DNA of 64,000 nt from Verrucomicrobiaceae bacterium (lineage in GTDB: Bacteria; Verrucomicrobiota; Verrucomicrobiia; Verrucomicrobiales; Akkermansiaceae). Below, in pieces: positions 1 through 9,668 of the stretch (position 1 is its first letter; each line of letters begins with the position of its first letter). Below the pieces are notes generated by a model. It was given only the letters and a program-made list of their open reading frames with translations. It was not told the DNA's origin and did no database searches. The DNA lies in the NCBI GenBank assembly GCA_051252135.1, contig JBPOGH010000001.1, forward strand, positions 448,001 to 512,000, given 5' to 3'. A program made the translations under genes and the position numbers.

Positions 1-165
1 GATTGTCTTCGGATCAAAATAGGGGAAGCAGCAGTTTACTTCATAGGCGTCCTTCCGCCTTCCCTGATAAAGCCCGCAATCCAAAAGGATTCGCTGACCA
101 TTGACTTCGAGCAGATGTTGGGAACCGGTCGTTGTGCCTGCGGCACCACAAAATTTGAGCTTCAT
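1..165 (-). CDS. MBL-fold metallo-hydrolase (beta-CASP-type RNase-like), N-terminal part only; runs off the window edge
   Basis: Not in the ORF track. Manual translation from ATG at 165: [41 protein letters not shown]..., matching the GAA-x3-GS...LLDCG-x2-QG N-terminus of this family. Confidence 0.85.
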   Translation of the reverse strand, partial: MKLKFCGAAGTTTGSQHLLEVNGQRILLDCGLYQGRRKDAYEVNCCFPYFDPKTI

Positions 166-240
166 AAATAAGTTATACTAACGAAAGAAACTAAGCCTCC
201 CCCCGTGATCTGGCCACGAAAAAGGCGGCATCTGCCCACA

Positions 241-272
241 AAAAAACTCCGTCCTGTTTGGGACGGAGTTTT
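241..272 (-). terminator. Rho-independent terminator after rpsD
   Basis: Minus strand reads AAAACTCCGTCC-CAAACA-GGACGGAGTTTTTT: GC-rich stem followed by a U-tract. Confidence 0.85.
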
Positions 273-302
273 GAAATGGGTTTCCTCTGAAAGCCGTGAA
301 CC

Positions 303-914
303 TTATCGGGAATAAAGTTCGACAATCAGCTGAAGATTGACCGGTGAGTCAAGGTCTTCGGTCTCAGGAAGACGTGCGACTGTTCCTTCCATCTTCTCGC
401 GGTCAAGAGTCAGCCAATCCACAAGGGGCACTGACTGCGTGATATCAAGCATGCGAAGTCCGAGTTGCTGTGAGCTGGCACGAGGTCCAACTTGAATTTT
501 GTCGCCTGGACGGACTTGGTAGGAGCAAATATCGAGCTTCTTGCCATTGACCAAGATATGGCCGTGGTTGACGAGCTGACGAGCTGACTGACGGGAATTC
601 GCAAGGCCGAGGCGATAGCAAACATTGTCAAGTCGGGTCTCAAGGAGCTGGAGCATCAGGTCGCCGGTAATACCACGACGACGGGTTGCCTCAGCAAAGT
701 ATCCGCGAAACTGCTTCTCAAGAACTCCGTAGATGAACTTCAGCTTCTGCTTCTCACCCAGGGCGATTGCATAGTCGGACTTCTTTCGGCGTCCGGAGCG
801 CAATCCGTGGGGTCCCGGTGGGTAGTTGCGGCGCTCGAGGGCTTTGGAAGGTCCAAAAAGTGGAACTCCAAAACGACGGTTAATCTTATCTTTTGGGCCG
901 GTGTAACGTGCCAT
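303..914 (-). CDS. rpsD: 30S ribosomal protein S4
   Basis: MARYTGP start, LETRLDN motif, ARQLVNHGHI, C-terminal IVELYSR. Confidence 0.98.
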   Translation of the reverse strand: MARYTGPKDKINRRFGVPLFGPSKALERRNYPPGPHGLRSGRRKKSDYAIALGEKQKLKFIYGVLEKQFRGYFAEATRRRGITGDLMLQLLETRLDNVCYRLGLANSRQSARQLVNHGHILVNGKKLDICSYQVRPGDKIQVGPRASSQQLGLRMLDITQSVPLVDWLTLDREKMEGTVARLPETEDLDSPVNLQLIVELYSR

Positions 915-949
915 TGATCTATTCTAGTAAAAGTTGGTTAGAAGAAGGA

Positions 950-1561
950 TTAGACGCGACGAGCCTTTTTGGGGCGGCAGCCATTGTGAGGAATTGGAGT
1001 CACATCTTCGATGGTATTCACATCCACACCGAGACCTTGCACGGCACGAACAGCAGATTCACGACCAGCACCGGGGCCTTTTACGCGAACATCCACTTCC
1101 TTAAGCCCGTGAGCCATAGCCTGACGGCAAGCATCTTGGGACACAACCTGGGCAGCATATGCAGTACTCTTACGAGAACCTTTGAAACCCATCTTACCGG
1201 CCGAAGACCAGCCAATCGTGTTACCACGCTCGTCGGTCACCGTAACGGTGGTGTTGTTGAAGGTTGCAGTCACATGGACAATGCCCTTGGTGACGTTTTT
1301 GCTCTTCTTGGACTTGTGAATCTTAACCGAGTCGGGAGATTCCTCACCGAGCAGCTCCGCGAAGATATCGCGTTTCTCCTCTGTCTTCTTAGCCGGGGCA
1401 TCTGCGCCTTCAGCTGCTTCACCCTCAACAGGAGCATCAGATGATGCTTCTGGAGCTGCTTCTTCAGCAGCCGCTTCAGGGGCTGGAGTTTCCGCAGGAG
1501 TCGCAGCCTCTACAGCTTCGACCACCTCGGCCTCCTCATTTTTGTTTTCTTCTTCAGCCAT
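950..1561 (-). CDS. rpsK: 30S ribosomal protein S11 with long acidic N-terminal extension
   Basis: [29 protein letters not shown] and [12 protein letters not shown] motifs. Confidence 0.98.
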   Translation of the reverse strand: MAEEENKNEEAEVVEAVEAATPAETPAPEAAAEEAAPEASSDAPVEGEAAEGADAPAKKTEEKRDIFAELLGEESPDSVKIHKSKKSKNVTKGIVHVTATFNNTTVTVTDERGNTIGWSSAGKMGFKGSRKSTAYAAQVVSQDACRQAMAHGLKEVDVRVKGPGAGRESAVRAVQGLGVDVNTIEDVTPIPHNGCRPKKARRV

Positions 1562-1603
1562 GATAATGGAAAATTAAAGGTCCTACTCAGCGAGCGAGGA
1601 TCA

Positions 1604-1972
1604 TTACTTGGCAACACCAACCGTCTTACGCTTGCCCTTACGGGTGCGTGCATTGGTTTGGGTGCGCTGTCCGCGGACTGGAAGGCCACGCTTGTGACGA
1701 ATTCCGCGGTAGCAGTTAATGGAAGCAAGTCGCTTCATTTGCCCCTGTTGCTCTCGACGAAGGTCACCTTCGATGAGAATCTCTTCGCTTTGGATCACCG
1801 TAGCGATCTTCACAAGCTGCTCCTCGGTCAATTCGCCTGTGCGAATGTCGGGGCTCACACCTGCGTGCTCAAGAATACGTGCCGCGGTCGAACGACCGAT
1901 GCCATAAATGTAAGGGAGAGAAGCTTCGATACGCTTCTCATTCGGAATATCAGTGCCAAAAAGTCGTGCCAT
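1604..1972 (-). CDS. rpsM: 30S ribosomal protein S13
   Basis: YIYGIG, EGDLRR and [17 protein letters not shown] motifs. Confidence 0.98.
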   Translation of the reverse strand: MARLFGTDIPNEKRIEASLPYIYGIGRSTAARILEHAGVSPDIRTGELTEEQLVKIATVIQSEEILIEGDLRREQQGQMKRLASINCYRGIRHKRGLPVRGQRTQTNARTRKGKRKTVGVAK

Positions 1973-2129
1973 GGTGGTCTATTGGAACAAGGTCAGTTAC
2001 CGGCCGGGGCAAGGAAGCTCCAGCACGGGGGCGAGTTCTGTATCAGAAGTGCACCTTCTGACAAGTGGAATTCGACAATTTTATGGGAAAAGAGGCGTTT
2101 TTATTTGGATCACCAAACGAAATCCCCAA

Positions 2130-4595
2130 TCACTCACCCGCATTGCCACCCACCCCTGGAAGAAGAACCTCCCGTGGACGGGCTCCATCCGCTGGCCCAA
2201 CAACCCCTCTCGACTCCAAAATATCAATCATCCTTGCGGCTCTAGTATAGCCCAGACGCAATCGGCGTTGAAGCAGCGAGGTGCTCGCTTTGCCCTCCGC
2301 TTGAAGCACCTCCAGACAACGCTCGAGGGTTTCTTCGTCAGCATCAGAAACATCATCATCACCTGAATCCCCGCTTCCTCCCCCTTTTTCAATACTCTGT
2401 TGAATGCTCTCTTCAAATTTCTGCTCACCTTGAGCCGCACAATAATTCACAATCGCCTCCACTTCCTCGTCAGACACGAAGGCCCCTTGAGCGCGCTCCA
2501 GCTTGGCCGAACCAGGTGGCAAAAAGAGCATATCCCCCTTACCCACCAGCTTCTCAGCACCCTTGGTATCCAGAATCACCCGGCTATCAAGAGATGACGA
2601 CACTTGAAACGCCATTCGGCTGGGAATATTGGCCTTAATAATGCCCGTCACGACATCTGCACGCGGAGTTTGCGTAGCGACAATGAGGTGAATTCCTGCA
2701 GCACGGGCCTTCTGGGCGATACGGCTAATGGCCACCTCGATGTCTGCTGGAGCCGTCTGCATCAAATCTGCAAGCTCATCGATAATGACCACAATATACG
2801 GGAAACGGTCAGGGATCTCGTCGATCTCTTGCTCCAATTCCTCCTCCGTCGCCATGGGCCCCAAATCACCATCTTCAAAGGCCTTAGCCATTGATTCGAT
2901 GGCTTCCTCATCCACTATCTCGTCGAGAATTTCCTGTTCTTCTTCGGGAATTTCCTCCGGCTCGGGACGAACCCGGTTGTTAAAGCTGTCAAAATTCCTC
3001 ACCCCCAGCTTTGCAAAAACCTTATAACGGCGCTCCATCTCGTTGACGCACCAATTGAGAGCCCCAACCACCTTGCGGGGATCCGTCACCACTGGAACAA
3101 CCAAATGCGGCAACTTGCTGTATACCTGCATTTCAACCACTTTGGGGTCAATCATGATGAAACGAAGCTCATCGGGACCAAATTTATACAGAATGCTGGT
3201 AATGATGGAGTTGATGCACACCGACTTACCGGAACCGGTAGCTCCAGCCACCAAACAGTGGGGCATCGCCGCCAAATCACCAATCACCGTGTTTCCATAT
3301 ACATCTTTCCCGAGAGCCAGCGGAATCTTGCGCTTGGAACTCCGGAATCCATCGTCCTGAAGTAGCTCGCGGAGAGGTACGGCTACAGCCTGATCATTGG
3401 CGATTTCAATCCCAACGGTGTCTTTTCCGGGAATAGGCGCCAAAATATTGATCCGCTCAGCCTTGGTCGCCCTTGCCAAATCAGCTTCAAGCTGGGAAAT
3501 CCGACTCACCCTCAACCCCAAACTCGGGTAAATTTCATACCGGGTAATCGTCGGCCCCTTGGTGATGTCTCCAGCCGAGACGTCAACCCCGAACGCCTTG
3601 CACGTCTCAATGATCGTTCTCTGTGTCTCCAACAACTCCTCACTGTGATCTTCCGGCGGCTCCTCATTCTCCTCAAACTGCAAGAGATCAAAGCCCGGCA
3701 GTTCATAATTTTCAAAACCGTCAGTACTAAGCCCGGTATGCCCCGGCTTCTTCTTTCGTTCAAACGGTCTGGCCCCCAGATCTTGAAGGGGCGCCTTTCG
3801 TGTCGATGCATCGATAATTTGGGGTGTTGGGGTCTCCCTCAACGGCATGACAACTTGTCCATCTTCTTCCACATCCTTGGCTGACGGCTCATTGACAGGA
3901 GCTTGGGAAACTTTCCTGCGGGGACTCCTTCTCTTGGGCGCTGCCACCGCACTGGAGGCAGACTTGCTCGCTCTGGATTCCCGCCATGACGCCAGACGTT
4001 CACCAACCTCCCCGAGGGAAGTCCGTGTAAATTCCAACGGGTGTAGTCCGGTTAAGAGAATCAAACTTACCAAATAAGCTCCGATCAAGACAATCGATGC
4101 TCCCAGGGTCCCCAGAAGGTTTTGAAACACATAATGCCCGATCCCCTCACCAAGCACTCCACCCGCCCAATGCACATGCCACCTTCCCTCAAACCATCCC
4201 ATGACGTTAAAAAGCGACGCACTCGCCAACATCAACACCCCAAAGCCGATCAACGTCCGCCATCCCAGCTTGCTCTTGAACCAAGCTACCGCAACCCCAA
4301 GCCAAATCACCGAAAGTGACACCAAATACGCCGCTGCACCAAAAAGCCCGATGAAAACGAATCCCAGCATCGCCCCCACCGGCCCAATCAAATTCTTAGT
4401 CGGCTGGTCTGCAGCCCCCTCCGGCGCGAAACTCCCAACCAACTTCCAACCCACGAAATCAACAGGAGTAAATCGCAGCAAAGACACAAAAAGCAGCAAG
4501 CCCGCAATCACCATCCCAATACCGACCATTTCCTGGCCACCCTCACCCGACAGAGACACCTCCTGTTTTTTCGCCTTATTCTGCCGTTTGGCCAT
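2130..4595 (-). CDS. ftsK: DNA translocase FtsK/SpoIIIE (4TM domain, motor, gamma domain)
   Basis: N-terminal TM segments; Walker A AGATGSGKS; IDPKVVE; IIDELADLM; RAAGIHLIVATQ; gamma domain LQRRLRLGYTRAAR. ATG at 4595 preferred over GTG at 4601. Confidence 0.96.
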   Translation of the reverse strand: MAKRQNKAKKQEVSLSGEGGQEMVGIGMVIAGLLLFVSLLRFTPVDFVGWKLVGSFAPEGAADQPTKNLIGPVGAMLGFVFIGLFGAAAYLVSLSVIWLGVAVAWFKSKLGWRTLIGFGVLMLASASLFNVMGWFEGRWHVHWAGGVLGEGIGHYVFQNLLGTLGASIVLIGAYLVSLILLTGLHPLEFTRTSLGEVGERLASWRESRASKSASSAVAAPKRRSPRRKVSQAPVNEPSAKDVEEDGQVVMPLRETPTPQIIDASTRKAPLQDLGARPFERKKKPGHTGLSTDGFENYELPGFDLLQFEENEEPPEDHSEELLETQRTIIETCKAFGVDVSAGDITKGPTITRYEIYPSLGLRVSRISQLEADLARATKAERINILAPIPGKDTVGIEIANDQAVAVPLRELLQDDGFRSSKRKIPLALGKDVYGNTVIGDLAAMPHCLVAGATGSGKSVCINSIITSILYKFGPDELRFIMIDPKVVEMQVYSKLPHLVVPVVTDPRKVVGALNWCVNEMERRYKVFAKLGVRNFDSFNNRVRPEPEEIPEEEQEILDEIVDEEAIESMAKAFEDGDLGPMATEEELEQEIDEIPDRFPYIVVIIDELADLMQTAPADIEVAISRIAQKARAAGIHLIVATQTPRADVVTGIIKANIPSRMAFQVSSSLDSRVILDTKGAEKLVGKGDMLFLPPGSAKLERAQGAFVSDEEVEAIVNYCAAQGEQKFEESIQQSIEKGGGSGDSGDDDVSDADEETLERCLEVLQAEGKASTSLLQRRLRLGYTRAARMIDILESRGVVGPADGARPREVLLPGVGGNAGE

Positions 4596-4752
4596 GATCA
4601 CACGTCCACGACTTTTCCGTGGTGCCGGATCGTCTCACACTCTGCATGCTTAGGGCAAGGGCGAAGTTACCGCTTTATTAACAATCAATTGATGCAAAAA
4701 ATGATCCTTTCTTGCCTAACTCAACCGACTCACCCAAAATACGCATCGAAAA

Positions 4753-5682
4753 ATGGAACCCATCGTCTTCAATCCCATCTATATGACCCGTGTCTGGGGA
4801 GGCCGCACCCTTGAAACCAAATTCAATCGCAACCTTCCCGATGAACAACCCTACGGAGAATCTTGGGAAATAAGTGATCGCGACGATGAACAATCCGTCA
4901 TCGCCGAGGGCCCGCACGCCGGTAAAACGCTCCACGATCTTTGGATGAATGACCGTGACGAAGTATTCGGCCCGAATCTGGACGGCGACCGCTTCCCACT
5001 CCTCATCAAGATCCTTGACGCTCGGGATGACCTTTCCATCCAGGTTCACCCCCCTCAAGATGTTGCCGAACAGCTAGGTGGGGACCCAAAAACCGAGATG
5101 TGGTATATCGCGGACTGCGACCCGGAGTCTTCTCTATACGTAGGATTGAAAAATGGGGTCAGCGCGCAACAATTCAAACGCTCAATTTCCGATGGTTCGG
5201 TGGCCGACCAAGTCCACGCCATCCGCCCTCAACCGGACGAATCGATTTTCATCCCCTCCGGGAGGCTGCACGCCATCGGCTCAGGATTTCTCATCTACGA
5301 GATCCAACAGAACTCAGACACCACCTATCGCGTCTTCGACTGGAACCGCACCGGACTCGACGGCTCCCCTCGTGACCTTCACGTCAGCCAGTCTCTCAAA
5401 TCCATCGATTTTAACGACTTCGAACCGTCTATGGACAAACCTGATGGAGACATCATCGCCCAATGCGAACACTTCATCGTAGAGAAACTCGAAATCTTCC
5501 CCAACAACTCCGTCGCAAGCCCACAGAACCGCTTCGCAATCTTCACCATCATCTCAGGATCCCTTCAATCCGCAGGCGGTCGAAGCTTTTTGCCAGGCGA
5601 TTTTTTCCTCCTACCTAGAAACGGAACCCCTCTCACCACCTCGGAAAACACCAAAGTTCTCCGCACCACCATTCCAGTCTAG
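4753..5682 (+). CDS. Class I mannose-6-phosphate isomerase
   Basis: RVWGG, GESWEIS, FPLLIKILDA, LSIQVHP, KTEMWY and EIQQNSDTTYRVFDW motifs. Confidence 0.93.
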   Translation: MEPIVFNPIYMTRVWGGRTLETKFNRNLPDEQPYGESWEISDRDDEQSVIAEGPHAGKTLHDLWMNDRDEVFGPNLDGDRFPLLIKILDARDDLSIQVHPPQDVAEQLGGDPKTEMWYIADCDPESSLYVGLKNGVSAQQFKRSISDGSVADQVHAIRPQPDESIFIPSGRLHAIGSGFLIYEIQQNSDTTYRVFDWNRTGLDGSPRDLHVSQSLKSIDFNDFEPSMDKPDGDIIAQCEHFIVEKLEIFPNNSVASPQNRFAIFTIISGSLQSAGGRSFLPGDFFLLPRNGTPLTTSENTKVLRTTIPV

Positions 5683-5720
5683 TCTGGACAAGCCGCTGCC
5701 AAAAACGGCAGCCTTAACGG

Positions 5721-6809
5721 GTGAACCCTACAACACGCCGCTCATTTCTGAGCAAATCCACCCTTCTCGCCGGGTCGGCATTTGCCTTCCCAAACCTCAG
5801 TATCGCCAAACGCACCGGTGCTCCCATCATTATTGGTGAAGGCGAACACCAATACGAAGTCATCCACGACTGGGCAATTCTCCCTGACAAATACAGTTGG
5901 CAAACCACCCACAACGTCGCCGTCGACAAAGAGCAGAACCTCTACGTCATGCACGAGGGAGACGCAGCCCAGACCGACCACCCCAGCATTTTTGTCTTCG
6001 ATTCCTTTGGGAACTTTATTCGCGCCTTTGGCAGCCAATTCCAGGGCGGAGGCCATGGCCTTGAAATCCGCACTGAGGGAGACCAACAATTTCTCTACGT
6101 AACTGCCTATTTGGGGCTCAATAGCTTCGCCAAACTCACCCTTCAGGGCGACATCGTCTGGTATAAACGGGCACCCATGGCCTGCGGCCGCTACGCCGAA
6201 GGCGAAGACACAAACCTTCAAAGCATCTGGGGGCGCAAGCACTTCATGCCCACCAATTTTGCCTTCCACCCGACCGACGGCTCCTTCTACCTTGCTGATG
6301 GCTACGGCGCTCACTGCGTTCACCGTTTCGATAAGGACGCGAACTACCTCACGACAATTGGCTCACCCGGGAAGGCCGACGGACAATTCAATCTTCCCCA
6401 CGGCCTCTGGATCGATACCCGTGGAGGCCGCCCCCCCCAAATCTGTGTGGCTGATCGCGCCAATGCCCGGCTTCAGTGGTTTGATCTCGATGGCAAACAT
6501 CTCAAAACCTCCGGTGAAGGCTTCACTCTCCCTGCAAATGTCGACGTCCTCGGCGACCTCATGCTCATCCCTGATCTAGCCGCTTGCATCACCCTCCTTG
6601 ATAAAGACGACAAAGTCATCCACTTGGCCAAGGATGACCAATGGACGAAATACGTCACCTCCAATAAAAATCTCCTCCGCCGCCAGCCCCAGCGCTGGAT
6701 CGATGGAAAATTCATCCACCCGCACGACGCCTGCTTCGATGCTGAAGGAAATATCATTGTTGCCGAGTGGGTCCAGACGGGGCGAATCACAAAATTACGC
6801 AAGGTGTAG
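5721..6809 (+). CDS. Tat-exported NHL-repeat beta-propeller protein (peptidylglycine amidating lyase-like)
   Basis: Twin-arginine signal TRRSFL; ADGYG, FNLPHGLWID, ADRANARLQ and FIHPHDACFD NHL-like blades. Confidence 0.8.
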   Translation: MNPTTRRSFLSKSTLLAGSAFAFPNLSIAKRTGAPIIIGEGEHQYEVIHDWAILPDKYSWQTTHNVAVDKEQNLYVMHEGDAAQTDHPSIFVFDSFGNFIRAFGSQFQGGGHGLEIRTEGDQQFLYVTAYLGLNSFAKLTLQGDIVWYKRAPMACGRYAEGEDTNLQSIWGRKHFMPTNFAFHPTDGSFYLADGYGAHCVHRFDKDANYLTTIGSPGKADGQFNLPHGLWIDTRGGRPPQICVADRANARLQWFDLDGKHLKTSGEGFTLPANVDVLGDLMLIPDLAACITLLDKDDKVIHLAKDDQWTKYVTSNKNLLRRQPQRWIDGKFIHPHDACFDAEGNIIVAEWVQTGRITKLRKV

Positions 6810-6818
6810 CAAACTTCT

Positions 6819-6847
6819 TTGACAAGACGGGCGGAGCAAGAAAGACT
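6819..6847 (+). promoter_or_regulatory. Sigma70-type promoter of tRNA-Leu
   Basis: TTGACA (6819-6824), 17-nt spacer, AAGACT (6842-6847), then a GC-rich discriminator. Confidence 0.6.
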
Positions 6848-6866
6848 CCGCCCGCTTCAAGGAGCA

Positions 6867-6948
6867 GCCGGTGTGGCGGAATTGGTAGACGCGCGCGATT
6901 CAAAATCGTGTTTCCTCGGAAGTATGGGTTCGATTCCCATCGCCGGTA
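6867..6948 (+). tRNA. tRNA-Leu(CAA)
   Basis: Acceptor stem GCCGGTG/CGCCGGT with discriminator A; D-arm GGCGGAATTGGTAGACGC; anticodon loop TTCAAAA; long variable arm; T-loop GGTTCGATTCC; CCA not encoded. Confidence 0.97.
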
Positions 6949-7187
6949 CTCTCCTTGAAAAGATTGAAGCCCATTTTCCTTTCAGCTTCGATAGAACAGT
7001 CCTCCTTCACCTCAGGACGACATTCTTCCCTGGATGCAACGCCAAAACACTGTCGCATCAGAGAACGTCAGAACGCCGCCCTCTCTCACCCCTTGATCTC
7101 TGGACACCAACATCCGATCCTGTGATCAAAATACTCACCCACCATTTTTCTGCTCGCGACCTCCTCCCTCATCATTAGATTGCCTCC

Positions 7188-7922
7188 ATGAACATCACCG
7201 TTACCGGATGCAGCGGCCGCATGGGTCAATCCGTTCTCGCTGCGATCGAAGCCGAGCCCTCCGCCTACTCACACAGCACACACGATGTAGGCGAGGACCT
7301 GATGACCGCCCTCGAAGGAACTGACGCCGTCATCGATTTCACGATGCACCGCTTCACCAGCCAACTTGTCCAAGCGGCCCTGGCCACCAAGACCAAGCTC
7401 GTCATCGGCACTACCGGCCACAGCAACGAAGAGCGCGAAATCATCTACAACGCCGCCGAATCCATTCCCGTCGTATACGCTCCCAATTTCTCCGTCGGGG
7501 TGAATACCCTCTTCCACCTCACTCGTAAGGCCGCAGAGATTCTTGGAAATGACACCTTCGATATCGAAGTCACCGAGATGCATCACCGTCACAAAATTGA
7601 TGCTCCATCCGGCACGGCCCGCCGCCTCCTTGAAATCCTTAACGAAGTTACCCACACTTCCTACGATAACGACATCGCTCACGGACGATTCGGAAACATC
7701 GGGGCTCGCCCTTCCAAAGAAATTGGCATGCACACCCTTCGAGGGGGCGATGTCGTAGGGGATCACACCGTCATGTTCGCAGCAGATGGAGAGCGCTTCG
7801 AACTCACCCATAAAGCATCGTCCCGCATGACCTTCGCATCAGGCGCAGTCCGCGCCGCACTTTGGCTCGGTGACAAAGACTCCGGACTTTACGACATGCA
7901 GGACGTTCTGGGTCTCAAATAA
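7188..7922 (+). CDS. dapB: 4-hydroxy-tetrahydrodipicolinate reductase
   Basis: GCSGRMG, IDFT, IGTTG, APNFSVG, EMHHRHKIDAPSGTA and RGGDVVGDH motifs. Confidence 0.97.
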   Translation: MNITVTGCSGRMGQSVLAAIEAEPSAYSHSTHDVGEDLMTALEGTDAVIDFTMHRFTSQLVQAALATKTKLVIGTTGHSNEEREIIYNAAESIPVVYAPNFSVGVNTLFHLTRKAAEILGNDTFDIEVTEMHHRHKIDAPSGTARRLLEILNEVTHTSYDNDIAHGRFGNIGARPSKEIGMHTLRGGDVVGDHTVMFAADGERFELTHKASSRMTFASGAVRAALWLGDKDSGLYDMQDVLGLK

Positions 7923-7928
7923 GTCACC

Positions 7929-8438
7929 ATGGCCCACCGCGCTGGTATCTCCCTTGGCTCCAATCTCGGAAACCGCCTTGCCAATCTCCGCAAGGGTCGG
8001 GACCTTCTCGTGAACCTCATGCCGGAGGGCACCAATTACCTCCAGTCATCCATCTACCAAAGCGAACCCGTTGACTGCCCTGCCGACTCCCGCGACTTCT
8101 ACAACGCCGTCATTGAAATCGACTTCATCGGCTCTCCACACGACCTCTTGAAAGCCACCCAGGGGATCGAATACCACATTGGACGGATCGCCGTCTCCCA
8201 GCGAAACGCTCCCCGCGTTCTTGACCTCGACATCCTCTATTTTGAAAACATCGTCATCGATGAAGACATCCTCACCCTGCCCCACCCGCGCCTCACTCAT
8301 CGGCGCTTCGTTCTGGGACCCCTTACCGATATTCGGCCTCAACTGATTCTCCCGGGAGACGAAACCACCGTCGGAGAACATTTTCGCAAACTTGATTCAG
8401 ACGAACCGGAACTCTCCCTCGTGCAAACAGTGTGGTAG
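7929..8438 (+). CDS. folK: 2-amino-4-hydroxy-6-hydroxymethyldihydropteridine diphosphokinase
   Basis: SLGSNLG, PRVLDLDIL and LPHPR...RRFVL motifs. Confidence 0.95.
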   Translation: MAHRAGISLGSNLGNRLANLRKGRDLLVNLMPEGTNYLQSSIYQSEPVDCPADSRDFYNAVIEIDFIGSPHDLLKATQGIEYHIGRIAVSQRNAPRVLDLDILYFENIVIDEDILTLPHPRLTHRRFVLGPLTDIRPQLILPGDETTVGEHFRKLDSDEPELSLVQTVW

Positions 8439-8459
8439 AGTGCTTCTCAAGCAAGAGCA

Positions 8460-9218
8460 ATGACCCCTGAGGAAAAAACCCAACGCATTCGTGGACACAA
8501 GGGCGTAAAGCGCATTTCCGCGCTTACCGCCTACGACTACCCGACCGCCCGCCTTCTCGATGAAGCAGGCACCGACATCCTCCTGGTCGGCGACTCTTTG
8601 GGAATGGTCGTTCTTGGCTTTCCCGATACCACCCACGTCACCCTTGATCACATCATCCACCATACGGATGCCGTCGCCAGGGGCTCCCAAAACGCACTCA
8701 TCGTATCCGACCTTCCCATCAACACCTACCACACGCCGACAGAAGCTGTCGCAAACTCGCGACGCCTCATCAAAGCCGGAGGACAGGCCGTCAAGCTTGA
8801 GGGCGGAGTCCGTCAGGCTGAAAAGGTTAAAGCAATTACCTCCGAAGGCATTCAGGTCATGGGCCACCTCGGCATGCTGCCCCAGCGTGTTAAAGAAGAA
8901 GGAGGGTATAAAAAGAAAGGCAAGTCCGACTCGGAAGTCGACGCCTTGATAGAAGGAGCCCTTGCCCTCCAGGAAGCCGGCTGTTTCGCCATCGTCCTCG
9001 AAAGCGTCATCCCCACGGTTGCCCGGCGTCTCACTGGCGCCATCAATATTCCCACCATTGGCATTGGCTGCGGCAAGAAAACCTGTGACGGCGAGATCGC
9101 AGTGATCACGGACGTCATCGGCTCCTACCCTTGGTTCGTCCCTCCATTCGCTGTCCAGCGCGCAACCGTGGCCAGCGATATCTCGAAAGCAGCTCAAGCC
9201 TTCAACAAGGAAGCCTGA
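8460..9218 (+). CDS. panB: 3-methyl-2-oxobutanoate hydroxymethyltransferase
   Basis: LTAYD, LVGDSLGM, VKLEGG, GHLGMLPQ and PTIGIG motifs. Confidence 0.97.
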   Translation: MTPEEKTQRIRGHKGVKRISALTAYDYPTARLLDEAGTDILLVGDSLGMVVLGFPDTTHVTLDHIIHHTDAVARGSQNALIVSDLPINTYHTPTEAVANSRRLIKAGGQAVKLEGGVRQAEKVKAITSEGIQVMGHLGMLPQRVKEEGGYKKKGKSDSEVDALIEGALALQEAGCFAIVLESVIPTVARRLTGAINIPTIGIGCGKKTCDGEIAVITDVIGSYPWFVPPFAVQRATVASDISKAAQAFNKEA

Positions 9219-9221
9219 CAC

Positions 9222-9626
9222 ATGATTTCCGCTGATAAAAAAGCGGCCATGAATGACCGCATGATCAAACTGGGCATTCTCGAGGATGACCTTGTCGAGA
9301 AGTTTGTTCGCGGCACCGGAAGCGGAGGTCAAAAAATCAACAAAACCTCCTCCTGCGTCTTCCTCCGGCACCCACCCACCGGTCTGGAGACAAAAGTCCA
9401 ACGGGATCGTTCTCGTGAAATGAATCGCTACCTCGCACGCAAGGAGCTTTGCGATCAACTCGAGGAAATCATTCTGGGCAAAAAGTCCGCCCGTCAGCAG
9501 GCTCGTGAAAAAATACGTCGTCAAAAACGCCGGCAATCTCGTCGGCAGCGAGCCAAAAACGTATCCCTTAAGCGCCAGCACGGAGCCAAAAAATCGCTTC
9601 GACGCCCTCCCGGCGCCTCCGATTGA
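9222..9626 (+). CDS. GGQ-domain peptide chain release factor-like protein (ArfB/C12orf65-like ribosome rescue factor)
   Basis: FVRGTGSGGQKINKTSSCV and R-S-R-E-x-N motifs, very basic C-terminal tail, no codon-recognition domains. Confidence 0.88.
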   Translation: MISADKKAAMNDRMIKLGILEDDLVEKFVRGTGSGGQKINKTSSCVFLRHPPTGLETKVQRDRSREMNRYLARKELCDQLEEIILGKKSARQQAREKIRRQKRRQSRRQRAKNVSLKRQHGAKKSLRRPPGASD

Positions 9627-9668
9627 TTTTTCCATTCCCCTCTCTCCGAACTGCGCTTTAATTCCCCC

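Noticed and set aside
155..182. dif-like look of GAGCTTCATAA-ATAAG-TTATACTAACG
   Set aside because: The spacer is 5 nt rather than 6, the XerD arm match is poor, and it overlaps a start codon
6949..7187. Possible integrative element at the tRNA-Leu 3' end
   Set aside because: No integrase and no duplicated tRNA 3' end seen; dapB follows within 240 nt
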